Source of the DNA: Nostoc punctiforme PCC 73102
Lineage (GTDB): Bacteria; Cyanobacteriota; Cyanobacteriia; Cyanobacteriales; Nostocaceae
Length of the DNA: 32,000 nt
Assembly: GCF_000020025.1 (NCBI RefSeq)
Contig: NC_010628.1
Location: forward strand, 30,001-62,000
Direction of reading: 5' to 3'
The position numbers and the translations under genes were made by a program. Shown here one piece after another: positions 9,862 through 21,074 of the stretch (its first letter is position 1; the number at the start of each line of letters is the position of its first letter). The notes beneath the pieces are model-generated. The model made no database searches. It had not been told where the DNA came from and worked only from the letters and a program-made list of their open reading frames with translations.

Positions 9862-12477
9862 ATGACAACCTCACAGGAGAGGATTATCCCGATAGATTTG
9901 CGAACCGAAATGTCGCAGTCTTATCTGGAATACGCCATGAGCGTGATAGTGGGTCGGGCGTTGCCAGATGCCAGGGATGGACTCAAACCTGTGCATCGCC
10001 GCATTCTCTACGCAATGCACGAGCTAGGTCTGCTCCACGATCGCCCCTTTAAGAAATGCGCCCGTGTAGTGGGGGAAGTGTTGGGTAAATACCACCCCCA
10101 CGGCGACACAGCAGTATATGATGCCTTGGTGCGGATGGCGCAGGATTTTTCCATGCGATCGCCCCTAGTTAACGGACATGGTAACTTCGGTTCGGTAGAC
10201 AATGATCCGCCAGCCGCCATGCGGTACACAGAATGCCGTTTACAAGCTTTAACTAGTGCTGGTTTACTGCACGATATCGAGTATGAAACTGTAGACTTTG
10301 CCGATAACTTTGATGGTTCCCAACAAGAACCCACAGTTTTACCCGCACGAATTCCGCAATTATTGCTCAACGGTTCCTCTGGGATTGCCGTGGGTATGGC
10401 AACCAACATTCCGCCGCACAATTTGGGCGAATTGATTGATGCTTTGGTGGCTGTAATCCACAATCCAGAAATCACCGATCTCGAATTAATGCAGTATGTC
10501 CACGGCCCAGACTTTCCGACTGGGGCGCAAATTTTGGGGACATCTGCCATTCGAGAAGCTTACACTACCGGGCGTGGTTCTATTACCATGCGTGGTGTCG
10601 CTAACATTGAAACCGTTGAACAACGGGGACGGCCAGATAGAGAAGCAATTATCATCACCGAATTGCCCTATCAAACCAATAAAGCGGCGTTGATTGAAAA
10701 AATCGCTGAAATGGTGAACGAAAAGCGGCTAGAGGGGATTGCAGATATCCGGGATGAGAGCGATCGCGACGGGATGCGAGTTGTCATCGAACTTAAGCGT
10801 GATGCTTATCCCCGCGTCGTTCTGAACAACCTCTACAAACAAACGCCACTGCAAGCCAACTTTGGGGCGAACATGCTGGCGTTGGTGAATAGCGAACCCC
10901 AAGTACTCACCCTCAAGCAGTTTTTAAGCGTCTTCTTAGATTTCCGCATCGAATCCATTGCTAGACGTACCCGCTACGAACTGCGGAAAGCCGAAGAACG
11001 CGATCATCTCCTGCAAGGATTGTTGATTGCCCTATCCCAGTTAGATCCAATTATTGTCTTGATTCGTCATGCGCCCGATGCGCCCACAGCTAAAGGCGAA
11101 TTAATCACAACTTACGGACTCTCGGAAGTGCAAGCAGATGCGATTTTGCAGATGCAATTGCGGCGATTAACTGCCTTAGAAGCAGACAAAATTCGTTTGG
11201 AACACGACGAATTGCAAGCAAAAATTACCGACTTACAAGATATTTTGGCACGCCGGGAGAGAGTGCTAGAAATTATCGAAACTGAAGTCGCGCAACTGAA
11301 AACTAACTTTGCCACACCCCGCCGCACGGTGATTTTACCAGGGGAAGGGGAATTAGACGATCGCGACTTAATTGCCAATGAAAAAGCGATAATTCTGGTT
11401 ACAGAGCAAGGCTACATCAAACGGATGCCAGTTAATACCTTTGAAGCGCAAAGCCGTGCTACCAGAGGTAAAGCCGCAGCCAAGGTGAAAGATGATGATA
11501 CCATTGAGCATTTTTTGACTTGCTGCGATCACGACAGTATTTTATTCTTTAGTGAGCGTGGAGTTGTTTATTGCCTGAGAGCGTATCAAATTCCAGCGAG
11601 TTCGCGTACCAGTCGCGGGACACCTATTGTCCAGATGTTACCGATTCCCAAAGAGGAAAAAATCACCTCGATTGTACCCGTTGACGAGTTTAGCAGCGAA
11701 GAATATCTGGTCATGCTCACCAAGGGCGGCAATATTAAGAAAACTGAATTGGCAGCATTTAGTCATATTCGCGCCAATGGTTTGATTGCCATTTCCTTAG
11801 AAGAAGGCGACCAACTGCGCTGGGTGCGACGCGCCAGAGTCGAAGACAGTGTAATCATTGGTTCTCGTAACGGGATGGCAATTAACTTCCGGTGCAACCA
11901 CGAACAACTGCGTCCTTTAAGTAGGGCGACTCGTGGGGTGAAAGCCATGAAACTCAAAAATAAAGATGAACTCGTGGGTATGGATATCCTTCCCGCAGCA
12001 ATTCTTGAAACTTTGGATATAGTTACAGAAGCCGAAACAGAAGATATCGAAGCAATCGAGACAATCGAAACAGAAGATATCGAAATTACCGAAACTACTG
12101 AAGAGTCCGCAGAAGTGCCTAGTACTGGCATTGTTGGCCCTTGGGTGTTGGTAATTACGATGGGAGGATATGGTAAGCGCGTACCCGTTGCTCAGTTCCG
12201 ACTACAAAATCGTGCTGGTCAGGGTTTAATGGCAACCAAGTTCAAAAACCGCAAAACCAAAGACAAGTTGGCAACCCTACGCATTGTCAACAATGATGAT
12301 GATGAAATCATGATGGTGACAAATCGCGGTATTATAATCCGTCAAGCGGTAAATGCGATTTCTATCCAATCGCGATCGGCAACTGGAGTCAGAGTACAGC
12401 GTTTAGATGAAGATGACGCTATTACCGGAGTAGCAATAGTTCCACCTGATGCTGCCGATGCAGAAGAAGCAGAATAA
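9862..12477 (+). CDS. gyrA: DNA gyrase subunit A
   Basis: GKYHPHGD motif, the active-site region AAMRYTE, and a full-length 871-aa ORF with the C-terminal beta-pinwheel region. Confidence 0.95.
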   Translation: MTTSQERIIPIDLRTEMSQSYLEYAMSVIVGRALPDARDGLKPVHRRILYAMHELGLLHDRPFKKCARVVGEVLGKYHPHGDTAVYDALVRMAQDFSMRSPLVNGHGNFGSVDNDPPAAMRYTECRLQALTSAGLLHDIEYETVDFADNFDGSQQEPTVLPARIPQLLLNGSSGIAVGMATNIPPHNLGELIDALVAVIHNPEITDLELMQYVHGPDFPTGAQILGTSAIREAYTTGRGSITMRGVANIETVEQRGRPDREAIIITELPYQTNKAALIEKIAEMVNEKRLEGIADIRDESDRDGMRVVIELKRDAYPRVVLNNLYKQTPLQANFGANMLALVNSEPQVLTLKQFLSVFLDFRIESIARRTRYELRKAEERDHLLQGLLIALSQLDPIIVLIRHAPDAPTAKGELITTYGLSEVQADAILQMQLRRLTALEADKIRLEHDELQAKITDLQDILARRERVLEIIETEVAQLKTNFATPRRTVILPGEGELDDRDLIANEKAIILVTEQGYIKRMPVNTFEAQSRATRGKAAAKVKDDDTIEHFLTCCDHDSILFFSERGVVYCLRAYQIPASSRTSRGTPIVQMLPIPKEEKITSIVPVDEFSSEEYLVMLTKGGNIKKTELAAFSHIRANGLIAISLEEGDQLRWVRRARVEDSVIIGSRNGMAINFRCNHEQLRPLSRATRGVKAMKLKNKDELVGMDILPAAILETLDIVTEAETEDIEAIETIETEDIEITETTEESAEVPSTGIVGPWVLVITMGGYGKRVPVAQFRLQNRAGQGLMATKFKNRKTKDKLATLRIVNNDDDEIMMVTNRGIIIRQAVNAISIQSRSATGVRVQRLDEDDAITGVAIVPPDAADAEEAE

Positions 12478-14047
12478 AAAGCAGGGGGAGAGGTTAACCA
12501 CCTTACTCCCTTATTTAATCGCCTTAGCTAGCGGCATTTTAATGGGGCTAACCGTAGCCCCAGTAGGTGCATGGTTCCTGGCTTGGATTGCCATAGTTCC
12601 TTTATGGGTGCTAGTTGTCACTTCAGCCAAAGGTAAAAATCAATTCCCCCCGGCTTTCCTCTGGGGTATTGGTTTTCACGGTGTCGCCCTATTCTGGATT
12701 ACCGGAATTCATCCGATGACATGGTTGGGCGTTCCTTGGTTGCCAAGCTTGGTAATCACGCTTTTTTGTTGGGGATTTATCAGTGTCTTGGGTGGGGTAT
12801 TCCTTACTATTTGGGCGGCTATAATGGTTCGCCTGGGTGGAAAAAAACCGTGGTTACGTGTACTTATTGGTACAGCAGCCTGGTGCGGCTTAGAGAGTCT
12901 ATGGAGTGCTGGCCCTCTGTGGTGGAGTTCTTTAGCTTACACTCAAAGCCCGCACAATCTCGTAATTGTACATCTGGGGCAACTCTCTGGGCCTAATACT
13001 GTGACAGCAGCAATAGTTGCTGTAAATGGGTTAATTGCTGAAGGATGGATGAACCGCAGAGGCACAGAGGGCGCAGAGAAAATTTCCTCCGTGTTCTCTG
13101 CGCCTTGGCGGTTCGTTAATAAATACTGGGTCATTGCCACAGGATTATTAATTACCTTACACCTCATCGGTTTTTTCTTATACAGTCGTCCCATCGCCCA
13201 ACCCCCAGAAGCAGCGTTAAAAGTGGGGATTATTCAAGGTAATATCCCGAACCGACTTTTACGAAGTTCTGAAGGGTTTCGTCGCGCCCAAGAAAATTAC
13301 ACTAATGGGTATTTAACTTTAGCAGACCAAGGTGTAGATGCAGTTCTCACCCCAGAAGGAGCCTTACCTATTTTCCAACGCAACTTGATGCAAACTGCTT
13401 TAGTCGCAGCAGTGAAGGAAAAAGGTGTAGTTGCTTGGATTGGGGCTTTTGGCGAACGAGGAGACAGTTATACAATTAGCTTGTTTACTTTTAATAGTAA
13501 GGGTGAAATTGTCAGTCGCTACGATAAGTCCAAACTAGTACCTTTGGGAGAATATATTCCCTTTGAAGGAATTTTCGGCGGGTTAATTCAACGCTTGTCG
13601 CCTCTGGATGCACACCAAGTTCCCGGTTCAGCAAATCAGATATTTGACACTCCTTTTGGTCGTGCGATCGCTAGTATATGTTACGAATCTGCTTTTCCTG
13701 AACAATTCCGCCGTCAAGCTGCGGCGGGTGGGCAATTTATCCTCAGTTCTTCTAACGATGCCCATTACACTGCATCGATGCCATTCCAGCACCATGCACA
13801 GGATATCATGCGGGCAATTGAAACCGATCGATGGTCAGCACGGGCAACGAATACCGGATATTCAGCCTTTATAGATCCTCATGGTAGAACCTTGTGGATG
13901 TCTGGATATAATACTTACGAAACTCATGTTGAAACAATTTATCGGCGACAGACAAAAACCTTATATGTGCGTTGGAGTGATTGGTTAACACCTTTGCTGT
14001 TGGGATTGAGTATCTTAGGGTGGTTTGTGCAGAGAGTGATTAACTAA
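12449..14047 (+). CDS. lnt: Apolipoprotein N-acyltransferase
   Basis: An N-terminal polytopic membrane region is followed by a CN-hydrolase domain with the catalytic E/K/C contexts [22 protein letters not shown] and ICYESAFPE. It overlaps the gyrA 3' end by 29 nt. ATG 12458 is an alternative start. Confidence 0.85.
   Translation: MLPMQKKQNKKQGERLTTLLPYLIALASGILMGLTVAPVGAWFLAWIAIVPLWVLVVTSAKGKNQFPPAFLWGIGFHGVALFWITGIHPMTWLGVPWLPSLVITLFCWGFISVLGGVFLTIWAAIMVRLGGKKPWLRVLIGTAAWCGLESLWSAGPLWWSSLAYTQSPHNLVIVHLGQLSGPNTVTAAIVAVNGLIAEGWMNRRGTEGAEKISSVFSAPWRFVNKYWVIATGLLITLHLIGFFLYSRPIAQPPEAALKVGIIQGNIPNRLLRSSEGFRRAQENYTNGYLTLADQGVDAVLTPEGALPIFQRNLMQTALVAAVKEKGVVAWIGAFGERGDSYTISLFTFNSKGEIVSRYDKSKLVPLGEYIPFEGIFGGLIQRLSPLDAHQVPGSANQIFDTPFGRAIASICYESAFPEQFRRQAAAGGQFILSSSNDAHYTASMPFQHHAQDIMRAIETDRWSARATNTGYSAFIDPHGRTLWMSGYNTYETHVETIYRRQTKTLYVRWSDWLTPLLLGLSILGWFVQRVIN
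13051..13114. repeat. Small dispersed hairpin element inserted in frame in lnt
   Basis: Imperfect palindrome GAACCGCAGAGGCACAGAGGGCGCAGAGAA-loop-TTCTCTGCGCCTTGGCGGTTC. The core GGCGCAGAGAA/TTCTCTGCGCC is a perfect 11-bp stem. Its left arm matches 31731-31756 at 24 of 26 nt. Confidence 0.75.
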
Positions 14048-14125
14048 CGCTAATATCAGATCGTAACTACAGTGACATCCACGAGTAATAGTTACCATTT
14101 GAATCTCTAAAAGAGGAATTGTGGC

Positions 14126-14461
14126 ATGGAAGACATTCAGCAACGCAAGCTTTTATCAGCCCTAAGCCACGGAGCAATATTTTTTAGCTCTACGATTATC
14201 TCCATTGGCATACCGATTGCAATTTTGCTAATTAGTAATGACCCAATTATCAAAAGCAATGCCAAAGAATCACTCAATTTTCACATAAATCTTTATATTT
14301 ATGCACTTATCTTCGGATTGCTGATTGTTGTGGGAATTGGTATTTTGTTGTTGATTGCTTTGGGTGTAGTCAGTTTTATTATGCCAATTATTGCCATTAT
14401 CAATGTTCTAAACCATCCGAATGTGTCGTACCGCTATCCGTTTATTTTCCGATTTGTTTAG
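14126..14461 (+). CDS. DUF4870-like small membrane protein
   Basis: 111 aa with 3 hydrophobic segments. The pattern LSHGAIFF...PIAILLISNDPIIKSNAKESLNFHINL resembles the DUF4870 signature (H..KE.LNFQI). Confidence 0.65.
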   Translation: MEDIQQRKLLSALSHGAIFFSSTIISIGIPIAILLISNDPIIKSNAKESLNFHINLYIYALIFGLLIVVGIGILLLIALGVVSFIMPIIAIINVLNHPNVSYRYPFIFRFV

Positions 14462-14479
14462 TTAAAAAGAGTTGTACAG

Positions 14480-14556
14480 TTGTAGGTTATGTTGAGCAAT
14501 AGGAAGCCTAATAATTGTCAGAAGTTGGTTTCAGAGAATCAATCAAACCTACACGA
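14480..14556. repeat. Degenerate copy of the Nostoc GTAGGTT...AACCTAC dispersed palindromic repeat
   Basis: tgtaggttatgttgagcaataggaagcc ... caaacctaca, with termini inverted relative to each other. Confidence 0.45.
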
Positions 14557-14846
14557 GTTAATGTTTTGTTATCTAACTGAACTTTATTACAATGTAGCAA
14601 AACTTTCTTAAAGTGACACAAAATGTTAGGTAATTCTCCATTTTGTCTATTGGAAAAAATTATATTTTGCTAGACGATTACTTCTTGATTACACAGATTA
14701 AGCTAATTTACAATTATCCATAAGGCTGAAATTTAAATACAGGATTTCATACCAAATTTAAGTTTAAAAAAAGTGTATAAGGGGTAATTTGCAGACTTTC
14801 AGGTGTTTTAATAAAGTTATTACCAAAGTCTAGTATAAGCAAAAAC

Positions 14847-15224
14847 ATGAAAGGTCTCAGGAAGTTATCCTCAATAGCGTTATTGCTATGTGCCTTTGTG
14901 TATCCGCCCTCATTAGCTGAAGCAAAAGATATTTCTTTAAATAATGCTCGCAATGAACAGAGCGCCGCACCAGAAGCTAACCTAATTGGAGATAAAACTG
15001 GAGAGCTTTTAATTGCTCAACGGCGGCCAGGACGATACCGAATGATCCGAAGACGGCAGATTATCCGACAGAGGCAGCCCTACGGACGATACCAAAATAT
15101 CCGACAACGGCAGCCCTACGGACGATACCAAAATATCCGACGACGGGATCAGTTAAGACAACGGCAGATTATCCAACGACGGCAGCCCTACGGACGATAT
15201 AGCATTATCCGAGGTCGTTATTGA
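14847..15224 (+). CDS. Secreted Arg/Gln/Tyr-rich tandem-repeat protein (hypothetical)
   Basis: Signal-peptide-like N-terminus MKGLRKLSSIALLLCAFVYPPSLAEA. The C-terminal half is built from 12-aa units (RQRQPYGRYQNI x2, plus diverged units RRPGRYRMIR and RRQPYGRYSIIR). These are encoded by a 36-nt DNA tandem repeat (first unit at 15073, second at 15109). Confidence 0.55.
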   Translation: MKGLRKLSSIALLLCAFVYPPSLAEAKDISLNNARNEQSAAPEANLIGDKTGELLIAQRRPGRYRMIRRRQIIRQRQPYGRYQNIRQRQPYGRYQNIRRRDQLRQRQIIQRRQPYGRYSIIRGRY

Positions 15225-15367
15225 GCCAAGGCTGATACAACTAACTAATGGTTAGTGGTTGGTGGTTAAACCACTAACCACTAGACTTCTTGCATAAGTC
15301 GGGAAAAGGGGAAAGGGGAAAAAGTTCTGTATTGTTCCCTTCCCCTTTAACCTTTACCCTTTGCCCC

Positions 15368-15396
15368 CCTCTTGCAAAAAGCCCTTTTGCAAGAGG
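15368..15396. other. Perfect 12-bp stem-loop (CCTCTTGCAAAA-agccc-TTTTGCAAGAGG), 22 nt downstream of the tal stop; third of three consecutive hairpins in 15245-15396
   Basis: Read directly. The other hairpins are GGTTAGTGGTT/AACCACTAACC (15250-15279) and GGGGAAAGGGGAA/TTCCCTTCCCC (about 15305-15347). No clear U-tract on either strand. Confidence 0.5.
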
Positions 15397-15417
15397 TCTA
15401 CTAATTATGGTTATCTT

Positions 15418-16422
15418 TTAATGGCTTGCTACTACCTCTCCTTCAAGGCGAACTAGTCGGTCTGCCAAAAGTTTTTCAAGGTCTTCTAATGCCTTGGTGA
15501 AACCTTTGATGCCCTCGTCTAGTTTGTCAGTTGCCATGCGGTCAGCAGCGTGCATTTTGTCATAGCTAGCTTTGTCAATGGATATCTTTTCGATTGACAA
15601 ACTTGCTGCCTTGGCGGGGTCAAGTTTACGTGGCAGTTCTGCAACAGTTGACTGCAATTCAGCCAAAAGTGATGGAGAAATTGTCAACAAATCGCTACCT
15701 GCAAGTTCAGTTATTTCACCAAGGTTGCGGAAGCTAGCTCCCATAACTTCGGTTTTATAGCCGAATTTCTTGTAGTAGTTGTAGATTTTGGTGACTGACA
15801 AAACTCCGGGATCTTCGGTTGCTGGGTAGCTATCGCGTCCGGTATCTTTTTTGTACCAGTCAAGAATCCGACCGACGAAAGGAGAAATTAGGGTAACGCC
15901 GGCTTCTGCACAGGCGATCGCTTGGTGAAGACCAAACAACAAGGTAAGGTTACAGTGAATACCTTCTTTTTCAAGAATTTCCGCAGCGCGAATACCTTCC
16001 CAAGTGCTGGCGATTTTAATTAAAACGCGATCGCGGCCAATTCCAGCAGCTTTATACTGGGCAATTAAATCCCGTGCTTTAGTCAGAGTAGCTTCGGTAT
16101 CGTAGGACAAGCGAGCATCTACTTCTGTAGACACACGACCGGGAATAATTTGTAAAATCTTTAATCCAAAAGCAACTGCTAAACGGTCAAAAGCTAGAGA
16201 AACTATCTGTGCTTGGGTGGCTCCGTCTCCAGCATCTTTCTTCGCTTGCAGTAAAGTTTGATCGACAATTCCCTGATATTCTGGCATTTGCGCCGCAGCA
16301 GTAATCAGAGAAGGATTGGTGGTGGCATCTTGGGGTTTGAACTTTTCAATTGCCTGGATATCCCCCGTATCCGCGACCACAACAGTCACTTCTCGCAATT
16401 GTTCTAGTAAATTCTTAGACAT
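15418..16422 (-). CDS. tal: Transaldolase
   Basis: DATTNPSLI motif and the [10 protein letters not shown] context of the Schiff-base Lys; 334 aa, classical type. Confidence 0.9.
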   Translation of the reverse strand: MSKNLLEQLREVTVVVADTGDIQAIEKFKPQDATTNPSLITAAAQMPEYQGIVDQTLLQAKKDAGDGATQAQIVSLAFDRLAVAFGLKILQIIPGRVSTEVDARLSYDTEATLTKARDLIAQYKAAGIGRDRVLIKIASTWEGIRAAEILEKEGIHCNLTLLFGLHQAIACAEAGVTLISPFVGRILDWYKKDTGRDSYPATEDPGVLSVTKIYNYYKKFGYKTEVMGASFRNLGEITELAGSDLLTISPSLLAELQSTVAELPRKLDPAKAASLSIEKISIDKASYDKMHAADRMATDKLDEGIKGFTKALEDLEKLLADRLVRLEGEVVASH

Positions 16423-16543
16423 AAAAGACTCCGTGATGTTTGTTTAGGATTTACTTATTCCCTAGCGAGTGCTGAGTACTGAGTTAGGAGTAGAAACGCG
16501 ATTAATCGTGTCTGTACAAGAGTTATTATTCTCTTCCTTATCT

Positions 16544-16571
16544 TCCCAGTCACCAGTCCCCAGTCCTTAGT
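16544..16571. repeat. STRR1-type heptamer array (CCCCAGT family, 4 units)
   Basis: tcccagt caccagt ccccagt ccttagt. A nearby GTNCTGA heptamer run lies at about 16466-16490, and the palindromic repeat GTAGAAACGCGATTAATCGTGTCTGTAC at about 16491-16518. Confidence 0.8.
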
Positions 16572-16656
16572 TCCTTCAATTCTGATTCTGGCAATTTTTC
16601 GGAATCATTGCCCAATTTTGCTTACTATCTTGAGCCACAGCCCTATTCTAAGTGGC

Positions 16657-18087
16657 TTATGCGGATATTGGCTGTCCAATGGAATGCACTTTGATTAAAC
16701 TAGTTGTGCCCGATTTACCAATTGGAACACCAGAGGTAATCACTACTTTATCGCCCTTATTGGCTAGACCCATATCTACAACTGTGTTCACCACATTGGT
16801 AAACATCTCTTCAGCATGGTGGACTGGTGGGATCAGCAAAGCTTCCACACCCCAAGAAAGCGCTAGTTGGCGATAAGCGGTGATATCGGAGGTGAGGGCA
16901 ATAATGGGAGAAGTCGGCCGATATTTAGACACCATTCTCGCTGTATTTCCTGATGAAGTGTTACAGAGAATTGCCCGTGAACCTGTTTCATAAGCGATGC
17001 GACACACAGATTCTGCTACAGATTCGGTAACGCTAAGACTGCCTGCTTCATGACACCAAGCATGTTTACTACCCTCATCTAGAGCCTGTTCTGTCCGCAC
17101 GGCGATGTTGTGCATCATCTGGACGGCGGCGATGGGATATTGTCCGACAGCTGTTTCACCAGAGAGCATTACCGCATCCGTACCATCTAAGATGGAGTTG
17201 GCAACATCAGTTGCTTCGGCGCGGGTGGGATCGGGGGCGCTAATCATCGACTCTAGCATTTGGGTGGCTGTAATCACCGGTTTGCCAGCACGATTGCAAC
17301 GGCGAATAATATCTTTTTGAATGAGGGGTACTTCGTGAATTGGCACTTCCACCCCTAAATCGCCACGGGCAATCATAATTGCGTCGGCAACTTTCAGAAT
17401 GGAATCAAAGTTTTCTAGTGCTTCTGCTCTTTCGATTTTGGCAATTAAGCGGATGGAAGCACCAGCCGCTTCAATCATGCGCTTGGCGGGTTCTAAGTCT
17501 TGTGGTGATTGCACGAAGGACACCGCTACCCAATCTACACCCAACTGAATCCCAAAGCGTAGATCCAGTAAGTCTTTTTCGGTGATGGAACTAACAGGTA
17601 AAGGAGTTTGTGGTAGATTTACTCCTTTATGTGTGGAAATTAACCCGCCAGTTTTCACTTGGGCGCGAATGCGATCGGCATCGCGATCGGTAACAATTAA
17701 CTTGACGCGACCATCATTAATTAAAATCGGTTCACCTGGTCGCACCATTGCGAACAGAGTCGGCAATGGTAGGGGGAGTTCGTCAATACTCTCACCCTTT
17801 TCTTGCAAAACAAAAGTAACTTCAGTACCAGCTTCTAAATTTAACCCTTCCGGTGGTAAAGTTCCCAAACGAATCTTGGGACCACAGAGGTCTTGCATAA
17901 TTGCGATCGGCTTTTGCTGCTCATTACTAATTTGTCTGAGATAGTGAGCAGTTTGGGCATGGAATTCGTAAGCGCCGTGGGAAAAATTCAGCCGCGCCAC
18001 ATTCATTCCAGCTTCTACCAAGCCTCGCAGATTTTCGGGTGCAGATGTAGCGGGCCCAACAGTACAAATGATTTTGGTTCGACGCAT
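16657..18087 (-). CDS. pyk: Pyruvate kinase
   Basis: MRRTKIICTVGPAT start region, plus the MIARGDLGVE and MLSGETAVG motifs. Start chosen at the second Met (18087). The ORF track extends 10 codons further, to 18117. Confidence 0.9.
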   Translation of the reverse strand: MRRTKIICTVGPATSAPENLRGLVEAGMNVARLNFSHGAYEFHAQTAHYLRQISNEQQKPIAIMQDLCGPKIRLGTLPPEGLNLEAGTEVTFVLQEKGESIDELPLPLPTLFAMVRPGEPILINDGRVKLIVTDRDADRIRAQVKTGGLISTHKGVNLPQTPLPVSSITEKDLLDLRFGIQLGVDWVAVSFVQSPQDLEPAKRMIEAAGASIRLIAKIERAEALENFDSILKVADAIMIARGDLGVEVPIHEVPLIQKDIIRRCNRAGKPVITATQMLESMISAPDPTRAEATDVANSILDGTDAVMLSGETAVGQYPIAAVQMMHNIAVRTEQALDEGSKHAWCHEAGSLSVTESVAESVCRIAYETGSRAILCNTSSGNTARMVSKYRPTSPIIALTSDITAYRQLALSWGVEALLIPPVHHAEEMFTNVVNTVVDMGLANKGDKVVITSGVPIGKSGTTSLIKVHSIGQPISA

Positions 18088-18132
18088 AGGGATTAGGGGT
18101 TGAGGAGTAACCTGCAAATTTGGATAGTTTGT

Positions 18133-18161
18133 GCGTAGGCGTAGCCCGTCGTAGACATCGC
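18133..18161. repeat. 29-nt dispersed repeat GCGTAGGCGTAGCCCGTCGTAGACATCGC (copy 1)
   Basis: The reverse complement recurs at 24920-24948 with 1 mismatch. Confidence 0.85.
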
Positions 18162-18338
18162 CCAGTCATCCAAATTAACACGTGCTTTATATCACTGTTT
18201 TTGTAAATAAAGATACTAAATAATGTTTTACTCCCAGGGTATTTACCATTTGACCCAAATCCCAAAAGTCAAGGGGAGCCAGTCGCATGGGCGGGTCTCC
18301 CGACTTGTGCGAACTGGCGTTCAAAAGTCAAAAGTTAA

Positions 18339-18380
18339 TCACCAATGACCAATGACCAATGACCAATGACAAATCACCAA
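18339..18380. repeat. STRR2-type heptamer array (TGACCAA, 6 units) directly abutting the gap stop codon
   Basis: tcaccaa tgaccaa tgaccaa tgaccaa tgacaaa tcaccaa. The reverse complement of TGACCAA is TTGGTCA (STRR2). Confidence 0.9.
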
Positions 18381-19472
<1,092 letters not shown>

Positions 19473-19556
19473 TCAAAATAAATTGCCTTTTACTCTTTAC
19501 TCTATGATCCTGACAGTCTCAGTCAGCTAAGGCATATTTACTTGGCATCTTTTAAG

Positions 19557-19610
19557 GATTGGGGATTGGGGAATGGGAAACGGGGAATGGGGAACGGGGA
19601 ATGGGGAATA
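19557..19610. repeat. Heptamer array (GGGGAAT family, about 7.5 units)
   Basis: gattggg gattggg gaatggg aaacggg gaatggg gaacggg gaatggg gaata. Confidence 0.85.
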
Positions 19611-19662
19611 GAAAAACCCCGATTTAAAAAGTTTTGATGCTTTTTTAGCTCACCCAGACTGT

Positions 19663-20712
19663 TTAAATAATTTGCCCTTGTAATCCACGATTCGTTAGGA
19701 GGTAAACAGCAAAAGTTCCTAACCAGTGACTAGCTGCATAATGTTCAATTACAACATCTGTGAGTCCATGCTGACGATGGTGAAGAGCAGCAGAGCGGAG
19801 TGTTTTTATGCGGCGATCGCTATTTGCCAATCCAGATATGATACCCTCAAGCATCCAAGCACGACTGAGATTAAGACCGTAGAAGTGGGCTTGCATATAA
19901 TCTTGAGGATTATCCACTCTGGCTGGTTCTAACCAATTTACTGAATTATCAATGGGTATTTGTGGCAGAAAATTGGTGAGCCAATCAGTGAAATCTGTTG
20001 TAGGCAGGATTCGCCGCATCAGGTCTGCTTCAGCAAGTCCAGGAGAGAGAAAATCGTAGCCAAGCGGTTCAAATTGTAACGAGTAGTTGCGATCGCTAAG
20101 ATAGAATTGCCGTGCTTTATTCTCCAATAACTGAGTAAAGTCAGTATTTTCGGTAATCCTTGCCCAATCTAGCATCAAACCAAGTGCAAAAGCTGTTTGG
20201 CTATGCACCCCTGTGCGATTTGGCAGTTTCAGTTCGTTAATCCAGCGCTGTAGGTTATCAGCAATCAACTTTTCTAGCGGTTCTAATACAACCCGCCATT
20301 CTTTCGCTTGAGCATGATTCCACTCGTGAAGTTCCGCAACCAGTTGCAGAAACCAGGCCACACCGTAAGGAAATTCAAAAAAGGGTCGCCGTTGAAAATG
20401 GGCAATCTCTCCTTGAATTTTCTCAGGTGTTAGGCTTTGCCCAAGTGCTTGCTTTGACGCTGCATTGAAAGAGGCTTCAGGAAAGTGACGCAGCAAACGT
20501 ACCAGTAACCAGTGACCATGTACGGCTGAATGCCAATCTAAGCAGCCATAAAAAGCAGGAGTCAATTGACGCGGTGATTTTATATCCTCGTCGCTCTCAG
20601 CCCAACGCAGAATACTGTTAGGATACTCTCGCTCGATACAATCCAGTACTAATTGAGCAAATTGTGCTGCGATCGCTTCATTAATCTCCAAATTATCGAG
20701 TGGCATGGTCAC
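19663..20712 (-). CDS. DUF2891 family protein (function unknown)
   Basis: 349-aa soluble ORF. IEREYPN...LDWHSAVHGHWLLVRLLR and the overall alpha-helical repeat pattern resemble DUF2891 as I remember it. Confidence 0.6.
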   Translation of the reverse strand: MTMPLDNLEINEAIAAQFAQLVLDCIEREYPNSILRWAESDEDIKSPRQLTPAFYGCLDWHSAVHGHWLLVRLLRHFPEASFNAASKQALGQSLTPEKIQGEIAHFQRRPFFEFPYGVAWFLQLVAELHEWNHAQAKEWRVVLEPLEKLIADNLQRWINELKLPNRTGVHSQTAFALGLMLDWARITENTDFTQLLENKARQFYLSDRNYSLQFEPLGYDFLSPGLAEADLMRRILPTTDFTDWLTNFLPQIPIDNSVNWLEPARVDNPQDYMQAHFYGLNLSRAWMLEGIISGLANSDRRIKTLRSAALHHRQHGLTDVVIEHYAASHWLGTFAVYLLTNRGLQGQII

Positions 20713-20726
20713 GTCGCTTCGCTCCG

Positions 20727-20754
20727 AATTAAAAATTAAAAATTAAAAATTAAA
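20727..20754. repeat. AT-only heptamer array (AATTAAA x4) immediately upstream of the DUF2891 start codon
   Basis: aattaaa aattaaa aattaaa aattaaa, read directly. Confidence 0.85.
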
Positions 20755-20802
20755 TTTATGTGCTTAGGGACTTGCGTGAAAATAAAGTACCAGTAAACCG
20801 AG

Positions 20803-20850
20803 TTTCGACTGCGCTCAACTCTCGATGGCTGAGGGTTGAGCGCAGTCGAA
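20803..20850. repeat. Strong hairpin / dispersed-repeat element (16-bp perfect stem TTCGACTGCGCTCAAC / GTTGAGCGCAGTCGAA, 15-nt loop)
   Basis: Read directly. It is followed by a second GTCGAAAC half-site at 20853-20860. It lies downstream of the radical-SAM gene on the minus strand. Confidence 0.8.
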
Positions 20851-21074
20851 GTGTCGAAACCCGTCTGGTTGGGATACTATTAACCCGCAGCTCCTTTATA
20901 TCCTTTTCTTTGGCGATTACTTAGTACAGTTTTGCGTAAAAGCGTAGCATTTTTAATGCAGGGGAATGGGAACTGGGTATTTAGGACGGGTTAAAGCCCC
21001 AAACATCATTTTTTCACGCTCTTCCCAATCCCCAACCCCTTTTAGCATTGCAAGGTATTACCAAATTTAATTCA

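Noticed and set aside
9813-10052. 79-aa ORF overlapping the gyrA start
   Set aside because: It lies out of frame with the well-supported gyrA N-terminus ([13 protein letters not shown]...) and has no motifs.
10008-12131. Antisense and alternative-frame ORFs inside gyrA (10008-10550, 10486-10674, 10496-10693, 11112-11378, 11763-12131). The same applies inside cph1, the hybrid kinase, lnt, pyk, gap, rSAM, dnaN, hetI, hglB and the PfaD-type ER gene.
   Set aside because: All are nested in genes with strong homology on the other strand or frame, and their Ser/Arg/Cys-rich compositions are typical of shadow ORFs.
15245-15396. Three consecutive hairpins between the repeat-protein gene and tal as intrinsic terminators
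   Set aside because: None is followed by a convincing U-tract on either strand. They resemble dispersed palindromic repeats, so only the strongest is listed, as a generic stem-loop.
18088-18117. 10-codon N-terminal extension of pyruvate kinase
   Set aside because: Pyruvate kinases begin at the conserved M(R)RTKIICT(I/V)GPA motif, and the upstream Met adds a non-conserved peptide. This is uncertain, so the longer start remains possible.
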